Assembly (NCBI RefSeq): GCF_002113885.1
Contig: NW_018407065.1
Span: 2,570,682 to 2,634,681 of the forward strand
From: Mizuhopecten yessoensis
Lineage: Eukaryota
Direction of reading: 5' to 3'
DNA length: 64,000 bases
Shown: piece by piece, positions 51,891 to 64,000 of the stretch
Numbering within the stretch: the first letter of the stretch is position 1
Layout: each line of letters opens with the position of its first letter
The notes under the pieces: generated by a model
Databases searched by the model: none
The model's input: only the letters and a program-made list of their open reading frames with translations
Told to the model about the DNA's origin: nothing
Made by a program: the position numbers and the translations under genes

Positions 51891-53444
51891 GGATTTTGAT
51901 TTACATAATCGCTCTGTAACAGCTGTTATACTTCATTAAAATGTGGCGACTGTCATGTACTACAATACTGTGTACTATAGAATTATACTGGTAAATGTAC
52001 TCTCTACCGTTGTAAAGGGCGCTCAATCATTGAATGGATTATTTTTTTAATAATAATATTGTCGATGAAACAAACCAGTTAACTTAACCTCTAACTGTAC
52101 AAGGTTGTAGAGAATTTTAACAAATGTTAGCACATTGATTTTGTGTTTAGCAATCCAGTTATTATTCAAGAAGTTCCCATCCAATTTTTTGATTAATTTT
52201 CAATTAAGTTTTCATTCAAGCAGTAACAAAATCCGTTACCATTTGCACTGTATCCAGCATAATAATTTCAACTCGCTATCAACAGTAAAAGTATTGTCTC
52301 AGTCTGGTAATATGTAACTCTATTAAATGATGTCACAGTTGAAGTTGCCATGCAATGCTTTGTCTTGCAATTTTTTTTTGTGACAGAATGATTTGAAAAA
52401 TTAGACCAAAGATATTCCAGAATATGGCATGAAAACAAAAAAAAAAACTTAAATCATTAAATTTTATTGTGCTCGAGTGTTTATGATTGAACCCTTAAAT
52501 TTAGATTTTACTAAATTTACAAGCATACTGGTTTTAATTTTACCACTAAAATGTATTTAGTGTACCTTGGCTGTGATATATATATATTATCTATTATCAT
52601 TGCCAAGAGTCTTGCTTGTACCAAGATTTTCTTGGCTATTGTAAAGTTCATATGAAAATATGGACTGCAGGATATATACTTGTACCAAATTACATGTAAT
52701 ATCTGTGACAAGATAATATAAGATGATGGGCTGGTTATATGGAGTCTATACCTGTAAGTTATAGTAAATATTGAAGTGCTGCTTTGACATCAGTCATTGT
52801 TATAGACTTGAATTTGAACATTTTCTTTTACTTGTTGTAGTTATGCAATAAATACACCAATAAGTTATAAAGTCTGTCCTTCGCTTTGTATTTTATAATT
52901 GTCAAGTTCAACTGAAGTTGCGCTGAACCAAATTCAGCTTTTTTCGGCAGAGCCATTTAAAATTTGGAATGAATTGACTCGTATAGAGTGCAGACTGAAT
53001 ACTGTGCTGCTTTTGGATTTTAGTAATAATAGTTTCTACAAAATATAAGTTGATGATCTCTCTGTAATGTGTAAATACATCTCAAAATGGTGATTGGCAC
53101 ACACTCTTCCTATGTTTACACCCCTCATTTTATATATAAAAAGGTTTATATAACATTACATCTGTATCTTACACATTGTATCTCTCATAAGGAATATTTT
53201 ATCTCTAGCTATCAGATATAACAATGGTATGGCATATCTACATCGTATTCCACACTCCTTGCAAACTAGCTTGAGGTACCTGCCATTACTAGTCAACTGT
53301 GATCTCTTATGGGCACCTTGGCAATATCATGAAAACCAATCCACACAAGAATGTTCTGCCAGGATCTTATACTAAATATATCCTAAGGAAAACTTCGAAA
53401 ATTTCACGAAATTTTAGAAATAAATACAGGTATTCGTACACCAT

Positions 53445-53731
53445 TACATGTGTTATTATTGGGCGAGGAGATCCAACGACCTGTGGGTAGTGGTTGGTTG
53501 ATGTACTGGTGTAGGGATCCCAGGTGGATACCGAAGTATTCTAGTAGAGCTCCACCGAAGGGAGGTAAATACAAGTAGGTAAGCGATGGAGCATCAACAC
53601 CAAGGATTCCGTAAATATATGTTTTATTAGTTCACACGTTTCAGATGCCTAGGCCAACCATCATCAGGACAGGTTCTGAAATATGTTCAACACGGAATCC
53701 TCGGTGTTGATGCTCCATCACTTACCAACTT
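53445..53731 (-). mobile_element. Degenerate Penelope-like pLTR remnant with a hammerhead-like core and short inverted repeat
   Basis: The reverse complement of 53620-53675 reads CCTGATGATGG...CATCTGAAACGTGTGAACTAATAAA. A 40-bp inverted repeat lies at 53573-53612 / 53692-53731. The left boundary is uncertain. Confidence 0.45.
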
Positions 53732-54054
53732 AATTAATAAGAAATTGTGAAAAACGGTCGTACAGTGATAATTCTTCAGGGAAGTTGCTATTTTGAACAA
53801 GAAACAAACTGATAAACATATTGTTCCAGCAAGAAGGAAAAAATATCATAAAATATGACTACCATAAAATACTTGCACATGTATCTTGCAAACCCTTGTT
53901 TATACTTATTCATGGAGTCACCTTTCCGTATCAATTTGTATTGTCTTTTTCAGATTCACTCAACTGTTTAATTATTATGTATGAAAAGTTTTGTTATGTC
54001 TGAAATTACCATTAAAGCCTGCCTAAAGGAGCGATTTGGTCAACTAACATCTTA

Positions 54055-54822
54055 ACAAGAGATCCTAGAAGGATTTTGGTACCTACCATGAAAGGATCTT
54101 TATCAGATCTACAAAAGATAGTCTTTTACTTTCTTTGCTCTTCATTTTCCTTACAAATACAATTACCCAGTCCCATGTTGGAAATCCTAAACAAGAATCT
54201 TGTACATTAACTTAGAGTTATGATATATATATAACAAATAGATTGCTGGCATGGAGAACCAAATCTTTTGACATCTGAAGAACTATAAAGGCCTATGGAG
54301 GCATAATATTTTACCATAAACTTGCTAGGAAATTTGTGAAAGAACTGTGAGCATCTTCAGTCCTCCTGGGCATTTTAAACAACTTCTCTGAAAAACCAAG
54401 AGGCCTAGGGTTGTATTTGGCCAGTAGCATCCTGGGATGAAGGGCTACCAAGTTCTTCAATAAATGACCTTTGCCAATTTTCAAGGTCAAAGGGGTCATT
54501 TATCTTAAAAAAAACTTTCAAACACATTCTTTTGAATTACCAAAAGGCACAAGGGGATGATATTTGGACAGTAACATGCTGGGATGAAGAGCTACCAAGT
54601 TCAAATAAATTACCTTGACCTAAATATATTCAAAGTCAAAGGTGTCAAATATGTTTAAAAGCTTCAAACAACTTCTTCTGAATAAAAAAAAAAGAGTTCT
54701 TTTAAATGAGTCAAAGCCATAGATGCTGGTATTCTGCCTGTAGCTTTATTTTAGTCCACTTTTAAGGTTTCAAGTGTGAAATTAATACCAGGTGATTAAT
54801 GCAGGTCCTTGGGCCTCTTGTA
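54055..54822. mobile_element. Decayed HINE-like element(s) between VPS35 and SYS1
   Basis: Terminal hairpin AGGTCCTTGGGCCTCTTGT, internal TGACCTT...AAGGTCA repeats, and an opposite-orientation terminus AACAAGAGATCC at 54055. Confidence 0.5.
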
Positions 54823-56032
54823 GACATTACTGTAATAGAATTAGGCTAGGGAACATGGTATCTCTGATCAAGTAGCTCAGAGGGTTATATTTAGGGCGAG
54901 CAAATTGTGATTGGAGTCCAGTCTTGGGTTGGAATTCCAATCACGCCCAGTTGCATTTGTTCTCAAAACCACTGCTGTTGGTGGAGTTTTATTCACAATT
55001 TCATCTTAACTACCTTTAAGTTCCACTAGGAATGGGTTTCTTTTCAGAAACGTCATATTAAAGGAAAAAGTTCTCATTTTGTAGTTTCAGTTTTTGAGTG
55101 GTACAGGTATTCTTAAAATGTTCCCACTTTGATATACAGCAATTATAGTCAATGAAGCAATCAGGCGTTTTTCTGACTTAGTCTTATTTCCTTGTCAAGT
55201 CATCGTCTTTCATTATGATGCTGTGCATTTATAATTTTAGATAGCAACGTTTGTAAAGTGTAGGTTTAGCATAGGATAGGTCCTGAGTTTGATCCCTGCT
55301 GTTTTTGTCAATTTTGTTTTCAAATACACAGATCTTCAAACATCTATAATTCTGTAAGACCCGTCGCAAGATGTATAGTTTATATGTAGTACTCAAGTTG
55401 AGAAATAATATTTTGTTATAATTTAATCTTGCTTGTAACAAGCATTTTCATTTGCTTAAAAATTTATGTTATTAGCCCATAATGTAAAAAATGACGTCGC
55501 CGTTTGTAATGTCACTTTTGATTGGCTGATACTACGGCGCAATAATTTCTAAGAGAAAAGAGTGCACCAATAAAAGCGGATTGCGGTTTATGATTAGAGT
55601 ACACTCCGTTTTTTTGTGTTATAGCTCCATACCATGAAAAATATATTCAAGTTAATCCTTATAATTTTTGTAAAACTCTCAATACATTTTGATGTGATAT
55701 GATTTTATCTATGATAATAACTGTATAACTAATATTAAATTTTCAGCAAATCCTACTCAAAATTCATACAAACATCAGCTTCTTCAAATAGAATCAGATA
55801 TGATTATCACTCTACAATTCCATTTAAAACAACATCTGTTAACATATTGCCATTGATACAAGCTGATTTTCTGACAAACTTTACTTATTCAATAAAAAAA
55901 ATGTAAAACATTAATACCACACTTAAATACAATGTATTTAAGGATATTTATTTTATATTTCACATGCATGCTATGTTATATACATATGATGAGATGAATA
56001 AATAAATATTGACCATATAAAACCTATTTTGA

Positions 56033-58848
56033 TCACAAATCTGCCTTCGGCCCCATACTGAGTGGAATGGCTTTCATTTCTGTTCGCATACACAAGAATT
56101 CCCCAGTAACAGTCATGAGAGCTATGCTGATGACATTGATGATCCACCAAGGGAGAGTGCTTGGGATGTGGCTATTGTATATTAAACAGCCGAGGAAGTG
56201 AAGCAGATGAGCTGTCACAGAAAAGTCTAAACACAGCTTTGTTCTCTGAACTATGAACCACAAGGCAAGCGCACTGAAATACAGAAATACAAAATGAGTT
56301 CAGTTGTAAGGAATATGATGGACATTTGGACATACACGGTAAATCCTTAATATAATATAAATGTGTCCCGTTGATACAATGTCTTACGTCGATATAATGT
56401 CTCATGTCGATATAATGTCTCGCGTCGATAAAATGTCTACAGTGGATAAAATGTCTCCCGTCAATATAATGTCTACAGTTGATATAATGTCTCCAGTCGA
56501 TATAATGTCTACAGTCGTTATAATGTCTCCCGTCGTGATAATGTCTCCGGTCGATATAATGTCTACAGTTGATATAATGTCTCCGGTCGATATAATATCT
56601 ACAGTTGATGTAATGTCTCCAGTCGATATAATGTCTCCCATCGATATAATGTCTCCAGTCGATATATAATGTCTACAGTCGATATAATGTCTACAGTTGA
56701 TATAATGTCTCCTGTTGATATAATGTCTCCAGTTGATATAATGTCTCTTGTCGATATAATGTCTTTCATCTATATAATGTTTCTATTCAATATAATGTCC
56801 CTCATTTTATTTGCTACCCTGTTATATTGATTAACAGTTGACATATCAGTAAATAAAAGAAACCAACATATGCATTAATAATATACCGAGAGATTGTTGC
56901 TGTTTACAGCTGTAATTACCTATTACAATTATTCATGAATATGTCCAACATGTAAAGCAACCACATAAAATCTGTATTACTTCAGACTGTCAGGCTGTCT
57001 GCCAGGACAACATTAATGCTATGTACTGCTCAGGAAAGAAGCGGTGGTCGTATAAAATCACTGACCTTGTCAAACTGTTGAGTAGGAATGCAATCACATT
57101 TAGTCGTCCAGAATCTTCTAAAACATCAATATCCTGAAAGGAGAGTCAAGTTCATGTAGGAATACATTCTGTCACACAGACATGTAATTTAATCTCAGTG
57201 AGGATAATTTTAACAAACAGGGTCAGATTTCTATGGTATTATTAAAATGTATTCTTATTTCCCTTATCAGGTCCTTGGTTAGGGCATTGTATTGGCATAC
57301 ACTCAAAGCTTAAACATTGAGTCTCCTTGGTCCTGGGATCCATTATACGGTAACCATATTAGGGCAAAATCCCTTCATTCACCCCATGAAAAGCTAAGCT
57401 TTACTCCCTGTTTCCCGTTTTGGCTTCACCTCCCTGAGCCCATTCTTTGTTTTTTACAGTCAACACTGTTCCTCTTTGGCCAAGGGATCCTTACCTATCA
57501 TCCTTTATACCAATACTGAGATTAAAATCCCTTCATTCCTACTCAAAACCTGTGCACTTGTCTTTCTGAAAATCAATGTATGACCTCTGTATACATATAC
57601 CTAACCTTGGTACTCCAGGGCAGTGGTGGGTTATGCTCACTTACACTCTCTGCACCCATGGAATATGTTATTTGGCAAAATGGAAGGCATGAAGGAAGCT
57701 ATTTAATTGGTCACAAGTAAAAATAATCTGACCAATTGCAAGACTGATACTTGTCCTTTGAAGATAACAGAGGAGTGAAATTCAACTTCAAAGCCTATAC
57801 ATTTTTTTTCAATTCTTGTTCATCAAAGGACTAGTCTACTTGTACCTTACACAAGGTGGTGCATACTAATTATAAGCCTTCAGTTTGGTCATGACACATT
57901 CCAGGGGTGCAGAGAGAAAGTGAGTGTAACATTTGGAGTATTAATTATGATCTACTGTATACCCCCAGGGCCTCTTAATTCATACAACACCAGTTCACTT
58001 TCCACAGGCCTAGGGATAAGATACTCAATGTGATATTTTGTATTTGTTCCAAAATTCAAATTCATCTTTTCATTGTCAGTTGATTTTATTATTGGTATCG
58101 AAACATTTCCTTTCACCAATAAACCTTAATCGCTGTCCTGGATTCTGGTTTGAAATGCTAGAATGACACAGTCCCACTTCACATTTAACAGGTTGGGCAC
58201 AACGGCGCATATGGGTAATAATCCTGCATTTGGGTAACATCTTTAAAAAATAAAAAAAATGGACTTCACTTACGTTATTGAAAATCGCCATATCTATTGG
58301 TTATTACAAACAACTTTTGGTTGAACAGTTTTCGGTTTTGAAAGTCGGGACATCTAAAATCACGAAAATGTCAAAACACGAAAAAACGTTCAACCAAAAG
58401 TTGTTTATAATAACCATATAAACAGCAATTTTTAATAAAGATAGTAACGTACAAAATTTTGATTTTTTTATATAGGATAGTGAAAGTAGATTCGAAGTGC
58501 ATTCAACCATAACATACAAAGATGTTGCCCAAATGCAGGATTATTACCCATATGTGCCGTTGTGCCCAACCTGTTAAACAAGAGAATATTCTATGATCTA
58601 TTTATATCAACATGAACCTATACATAAGGTCCTCAGTCATAATTACTCGTTTAATTCGTTAAAATACCGTTAGTTACTTCACTTACTGTTTGAGTGAACA
58701 CTTGATCTAAAGAGGAATCAAATTTGCCAATCATGTTCATAATGTAGCTCCAGATTCCCAGCAGTAAATAAAACTGGCTTTGCATGGCGACGATCTGGGC
58801 AATAATTAACACTGGATCCCACACATTACTACGGAAATGACCCGTCAT
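56033..58848 (-). CDS. SYS1: Protein SYS1 homolog (Golgi integral membrane protein), 3 coding exons, 156 aa
   Basis: Exons (-): 58848-58687, 57133-57066, 56273-56033, total 471 nt. Motifs: MTGHFRSNVWDPVLIIAQIVAMQ, AFLLNSLTSALALWFIVQRTKLCLDFSVTAH, GEFLCMRTEMKAIPL. Confidence 0.96.
56361..56800. repeat. 18-bp minisatellite (GTCGATATAATGTCTCCA) in SYS1 intron 2
   Basis: About 24 tandem units. Confidence 0.92.
58189..58573. mobile_element. TTAA-flanked MITE (piggyBac-like) in SYS1 intron 1
   Basis: TTAA|CAGGTTGGGCACAACGGC...ATCCTGCATTTGGG is inverted at the other end as CCCAAATGCAGGAT...GCCGTTGTGCCCAACCTG|TTAA, giving ~55-bp TIRs. Confidence 0.8.
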
Positions 58849-60309
58849 CCTTGGAAGTCGTTTCCGTATAAGCCCAAGCATAACCTCAAATACGAACTCA
58901 ACTGGAGTCAACTAGGGGCTAACTAGTCAACTTACAGATACACGGTCGAAAATGTTCGTGATTGCTCGAGGCGATATACCTCTTTTACATATTAAATTAT
59001 GACAAATTTCACCAACATCTACATATTTTCATATAACAGACAATAATATGTGATGCTACGTCGGTGAATAGGCCTAACTTTAAGCCTAATATTCACAATA
59101 ATATTTCTGCCATCGGCATCAGACTTAGATCAAATCCAATATGGTGACGGAAGCAGGATCAGTTAACAACTGTTTCAATGCGTACGAGAAACACGTAGGA
59201 GAAAATCGTCAAACTGAGTGACAAATCTTGCTGCTGCATGTTGAGTCCATGAAAGAATTACAACAATTCTTCTAAAAGCTCTTCCACTTAATTTTAGTTT
59301 AGTTTGGTGAAGTCACTTCTCATCACGTCACGACAAATCATTGTCATCTTGACGCTTTGCTTGTATGGGAGGGCGTACTAAATGCTATGTAGAGGACACT
59401 TAGGGAACGACGGACAGTCAAGCCTTACAGAACATCTGAAAGCGGTTTATAAGATGAATAGATTGAAAATAAAAATCCATGGTGAATTCATTATGTGTTT
59501 TTCCTAGTAAAAGAATTATCACAACGATAGAGAATGCGACTTTAGATATGAAAAAAAAGCAAAAACAAAATGTTGAAAGTGTCCCAGCAGCAATGTTGGC
59601 AATTACTATCAAATCAAAACCACAGCAATGTTAATATAGGAGAGACCGGGTTTTCCGAACACCCCTGGTGGTTTTTTCTTGGGCCAATATTTAGTTAACT
59701 TTGAAGATCTTAGCAGTTTAGTTGTTTTTTCACACGAAAAATGTCGAGAAAAACTACTAATAGGGACTTATGGAAAGGTAAAAGGAAAATCATGACCTCA
59801 CTTCAACCGAATTGCAACTTACTTATTTTGTCATAGATATACCAGCTTCACATGATGGTATACAGTAAAGCATAACATTGGTATCGCTGTAATATACGAA
59901 TGTATTGAAATATCAATTTGGGGGAGGTTCGGCCCATGATGACGGGGCAATTGACCAAGACTGCCTATCTGGCACGTTCGGCCATCATCTCTTAATTCAA
60001 AGTGGAACTGGTTGTCAAGATATTCGGTTTATCTTTGGAATTGGTAAAAAAAATGTCTGTGCTTGATGTAGGTCCAGATCTTTTGCTTAGGTTATAGTCG
60101 TTAGTGTCGACTTACAGGGGGAGAAAATGTTAACCATTTAAAATAGTTAGAATTGTGTAGATAGAAATATCAAGGTAGATGAAGGAATGTTCGCTTCTCA
60201 CCGACCAAATATGGCTGTTACAAATTCTCAGGTCCCTGCATGTGCTCACCGTCTCCCAACTTACCCTTTTCCCGTCCTTTAGACATGGCAAAGTTCAAGT
60301 AAAATAGCA

Positions 60310-60545
60310 TCATGTTCTGATATCGGCTAGGAATGGTCTCGATACTTGGTACTTGATTATTAGGGTTGTTAGTAATGATAAGGTCAAGCGCGTTGTCATT
60401 GAGTGGTGAAGTGACTTATAATTACTGGTAAACCCCATGTCACCAAAGCAATAATGATTTTTTAGGTGGTCTGTATTTGGTTTTATAATTTCATTTGCCC
60501 AGTCCCATCCAGGGAGGTTGAAATCTCCTCCGATAATAATTGAGG
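60310..60545 (-). mobile_element. LINE APE-endonuclease fragment
   Basis: [14 protein letters not shown] motif, decayed downstream. Confidence 0.7.
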
Positions 60546-60704
60546 AGTTATTTATCTCGAGAGGCCATCCGTCGCCCGAAAACACGTGCATAATTTATTT
60601 ACAACCAATGTTCGGGTATCCCCTTGCCAAGCATTCACCCCGCCAGTACTTGAAGCAACAAGCAACACTGTAACAGGGGGAGGGGTGAAATGCACGGCCA
60701 GACC

Positions 60705-60981
60705 GGGCCCGTATTCATGAAACCGTTCTTATGCTCAAGCATGGATTCTGTACATGCTCAAGCCAGCTTTATTGTAACCCACCTCAGTAAATCATGTCAA
60801 CGATCAAAAAGTCAAATTTAAATATTGAAAACAGTATTTGGCTTCATGTTTCTTCAATTTTTGTCCAAAAATTTAACAAAATAAGATTTTTTAAATAATT
60901 TATAACTGGAACAAGAAATTTAGTCTTGAGCACAAAATCCATGCTTGAGCATGAGAACGGTTTCATCATGAATACGGGCTC
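60705..60981. mobile_element. MITE (GGGCCCGTATTCA termini, PIF/Harbinger-like) inserted into a tRNA-derived SINE head
   Basis: ~45-bp TIRs GGGCCCGTATTCATGAAACCGTTCT.ATGCTCAAGCATGGATT / AATCCATGCTTGAGCATGAGAACGGTTTCAT...GAATACGGGCTC. The flanks rejoin as AGACC-GGGATTCGAACCCGGG. TSD not resolved. Confidence 0.7.
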
Positions 60982-61399
60982 GGGATTCGAACCCGGGATC
61001 CTTCGAACGATAGACGAAACGCATTTGTTTCTGTCAATAAAGATAGTCATGAGAAAAACAATCACACCGTACTCATATTTTTTATGAGAAGGGTGTGCTT
61101 TTATGGCACGTCACTAAATATATTCACTTTATATGATATGGTTACCAATGTAATTTGTTTAATATCATTAGGATATTTGTGGAGGCAGGCATTGCTGCCT
61201 CTATCCAAATTAATATAGTTTGAAAGACAGTGTAAGCTTATAACGTTACATGTTGCAATGGATTTATTTTTGGAACGTTGTTGAAGACTGGTGTTTGTGC
61301 TAAATATATGTAACATTATAAAGTTAAAGACGGTTTATATACTATGGTAAGGCGGTCTGAAGCGGACCGAATATTGACATGTGGAATTTATATTTACTT

Positions 61400-61477
61400 T
61401 AATAAGCGTTTCCTTAACTCGGATCACTAACGAGTGAGACCTCCATTTTTTTCCCGGTTGGAGCTCGTTGTGAAAAG
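61400..61477 (+). other. Probable non-coding first exon of the COX4-like gene
   Basis: GC-richer stretch ending in the strong donor AAG|GTAAGT (intron starts 61478). The coding exon at 63385 has an acceptor ahead of its ATG, so an upstream exon is needed. Confidence 0.45.
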
Positions 61478-62159
61478 GTAAGTTTCTTTTTGAATCTCCA
61501 TCTAGGATCTTTCATCCATGTAAAAAACATGTTTATATGTGAAAGTTCAGCTTGCTAAGCATAGAGGTGATATGTTTTTCCAACACATATCTAATGCATT
61601 CAGTTATGTTTCATACATAATCCTTCGCATGACCTTGCTTTACGTTGCTTTCGATATGAATGTTAAATGTCACGTATACGTAACGAACGACAACATTTCT
61701 GATAATGAGCAGGCCTGATTTTATAGTGCCTTTTTAAAGACCAAATATCATTGATTTTTTTAAAAGTATGCCATTTGTTGGTAGATCTAAGTTTTACCAC
61801 AGTATTACATGTATACATGATGGCATTAAAAAAGGTAATTTGTAATATTAAATGACCTTTGATTCAGTAACCAAAGAATTTGCAAAGTTCATTTGTATAT
61901 CAATCAAAATTTCATGTAACTTGCATAAATCAGTTAACTCTACAAAATGAAATAGGTATTTCGCCACGTTTAAAGCTCTCCAAAATTTTACAATTTATTG
62001 ACAAAATGTGAACTTCTGTGACTTTATTATCAGAACAAACTAATACGAGTCGATTCATCAAATTTTTATTGATAGTAAATCACATTTATCAATGTACAAT
62101 CGCAATCGTTTTAAAATATAACAGCAATTAATTTAAAAAGTGACCAAGACTTAATTAAA

Positions 62160-62560
62160 TCATGGCTATATAGGATATTATACATATGTTGGAAAGCGCA
62201 CAAACGTCACACTATGAAATATCTACTGGAGATGAAGGGCCTAGACTATCCAGAAAGATTAAGGAAATTGAACCTAACAGCACTAGCATATATAAAAGAC
62301 TTTGCGGGGACATGAACAAAATGTTCAAGACTCACTGTAAACAGAATTTAAAATAGAGAGGCTTGTACTTTTGTTAAACTTTGGAGTGAGGAATTGATCA
62401 GAAATAGTACAACAAGTGCTATATTGTTTAATAGCAAATCTATGTACTCGAAAATCGTCCAAAAATGTAGGTCAATGTTTATGGATTTTCCCAGTCAGAA
62501 ATGCTGTTGCTGACTGCACTGTTTGACTGACCTCGAAAACACTTGTGACCATGCCAGTAT
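62160..62560 (+). mobile_element. Decayed CR1-like LINE 3' fragment
   Basis: Translation GLDYPERLRKLNLTALAY resembles the C-terminus of CR1 ORF2. Confidence 0.5.
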
Positions 62561-63018
62561 ACATATATATATACTTGCCATACCATTAAGTGAATTCAGT
62601 ATGCTGTAAACTTTGAATGTAAACATATATATCAACTGACATTATAGAGCTCAATATTCTGTTGAGCAATGTAGTTATAAGTTTTCATTCACCAGCAGCT
62701 ATCTTTTGTGTTCCGACCGGAAGTGATGCACATAGCGTTGACAACACAGGAGTGTAAAGTGATTGAAACTAGAAAATTTCCCAGTCCGGAGGCTAGCAAT
62801 ATGTTTCCACTTCATAAAGATTTTGAGAATTTTGCTGTTATGTAGTCACATTGAAGATTCTTTTGCATCAAAAGATCAAACTAGTCTTCATAATTGTCTT
62901 GCCCACAAAGCGGCGCAAACTGAACCTCTGCCATTTATATTTTTGTAAGGTAAATTCTTGTTAAGTTGTCAATGTATTTGTCACACTCATTACATGTATT
63001 TGTCACACTCATTACATT

Positions 63019-63288
63019 GTCATGGCGTGAAACTTTCTGAAGTTCAGTTAAATTTTGTACAATGTTAAGTACATTGTAGCCTATAGTTCATTATGAACTT
63101 TAGGCTACAATGTACTTACATTTATGTTACTTTAGGCTACAATGTACTTAACTATAGGCGACAATGTACTTAACTATAGGCTTCAATGTACTTAACTATA
63201 GGCTACAATGTACTTAACTATAGGCTACAATGTACTTTAGATTGAAGAGGATTTAACTGAACTTCAGAAAGTTTCACGCCATGACTGT
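63019..63288. mobile_element. MITE with ~35-bp TIRs and an internal 22-bp tandem repeat
   Basis: GTCATGGCGTGAAACTTTCTGAAGTTCAGTTAAAT / ATTTAACTGAACTTCAGAAAGTTTCACGCCATGAC, with internal (GGCTACAATGTACTTAACTATA)n. Confidence 0.75.
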
Positions 63289-63392
63289 TCATTGTATTTG
63301 ATGTAAGAATCGTGTTAAAACTCAATCTTCACTGCTGTGCAATGTATCCATATTTTATATATTCAGATTATTCTTTTTTTCCAGCAGCCATA

Positions 63393-63546
63393 ATGAGTGG
63401 GCAGCTGATTCTGAGGCGTCTAGGCAACAAAATACGATGGCAGCAAGTGCGGTCTTGTACAGCTGTTGTAAACCTCAAACAAGTTCAGACCTATCCCATG
63501 GAACAGACAAGTCAAGAAATAAAGGACAAGTATTATCCTATGACAG
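63393..63546 (+). CDS. COX4: First coding exon of a probable cytochrome c oxidase subunit 4 (partial; continues beyond the window)
   Basis: Acceptor TTTTTTTCCAGCAG, then MSGQLILRRLGNKIRWQQVRSC (Arg-rich, acid-free, mitochondrial-presequence-like) through KDKYYPMTG|gtaac. This resembles the invertebrate COX4 YPKIGNREIVG segment. Only one exon is visible. Confidence 0.55.
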
Positions 63547-64000
63547 GTAACTATAGCTACGTGAATTGTAGCTTATTGGTAGGGTTGTATATACTGGTTC
63601 ACGTTGTACTGATATTTAGGGATCAGATTGATAAACCTTACTGTATTTATCTTGTATGTATCGATCAAATATTAACAGGTTTTCACACATGAAAAAAAGA
63701 TCATTTAATGCCATATTCAGTTCAACAAACCTGTCACGACTGTCCCCACACATTTAGTATTTTCAGTGCCTGTATTATGCATGATATTGCGGATTCAAAA
63801 ACATACAGAATGGCATGAACTAGTGAGAGTTGTTAGGACTCTTTACTTTATATTCAATTAACTCATTTTCCCCTGGAGACACATTTGAACTCTCAATTGT
63901 ATAGGTTGGTCTAAATAATGGAATAGTTCATTATGAAATTTCAGGGGTGAATGAGTATTAAGAAATAAGTAACAAGTAACAGAAATAAAATAATGTAATG

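Noticed and set aside
56361-56669. Repetitive ORFs (VDIMSP)n and (GDIIST)n; likewise the ORFs at 9643, 39965, 40125, 49174 and 51188
   Set aside because: These are by-products of minisatellites, mostly in introns or the probable UTR, with no independent sign of being genes.

Overview
AT-rich, intron-rich animal DNA, most likely a bivalve mollusc (inferred from the repeat families). It holds three complete spliced genes reconstructed exon by exon: ORC6 (-, 7 coding exons, 268 aa), VPS35 (+, 17 exons, 798 aa, with a GT-AG U12-type minor intron) and SYS1 (-, 3 coding exons, 156 aa). There is also the first coding exon of a probable COX4 (+) at the right end and the first coding exon plus promoter of an unidentified minus-strand gene near 8.3-8.6 kb. 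ORC6 and VPS35 are head-to-head, as in human, and a Mutator-type non-autonomous element with a 9-bp TSD fills most of their shared promoter. Introns carry minisatellites, SINEs, LINE fragments, a solo LTR, MITEs and Helentron-associated elements. The most unusual object is a 1.8-kb insertion in VPS35 intron 9. It has a 13-bp TSD and ~560-bp inverted arms, each with a minimal hammerhead ribozyme followed by AATAAA (a Penelope-like retroelement pLTR signature). It encodes an intact two-finger C2H2 zinc-finger protein but no reverse transcriptase or endonuclease.
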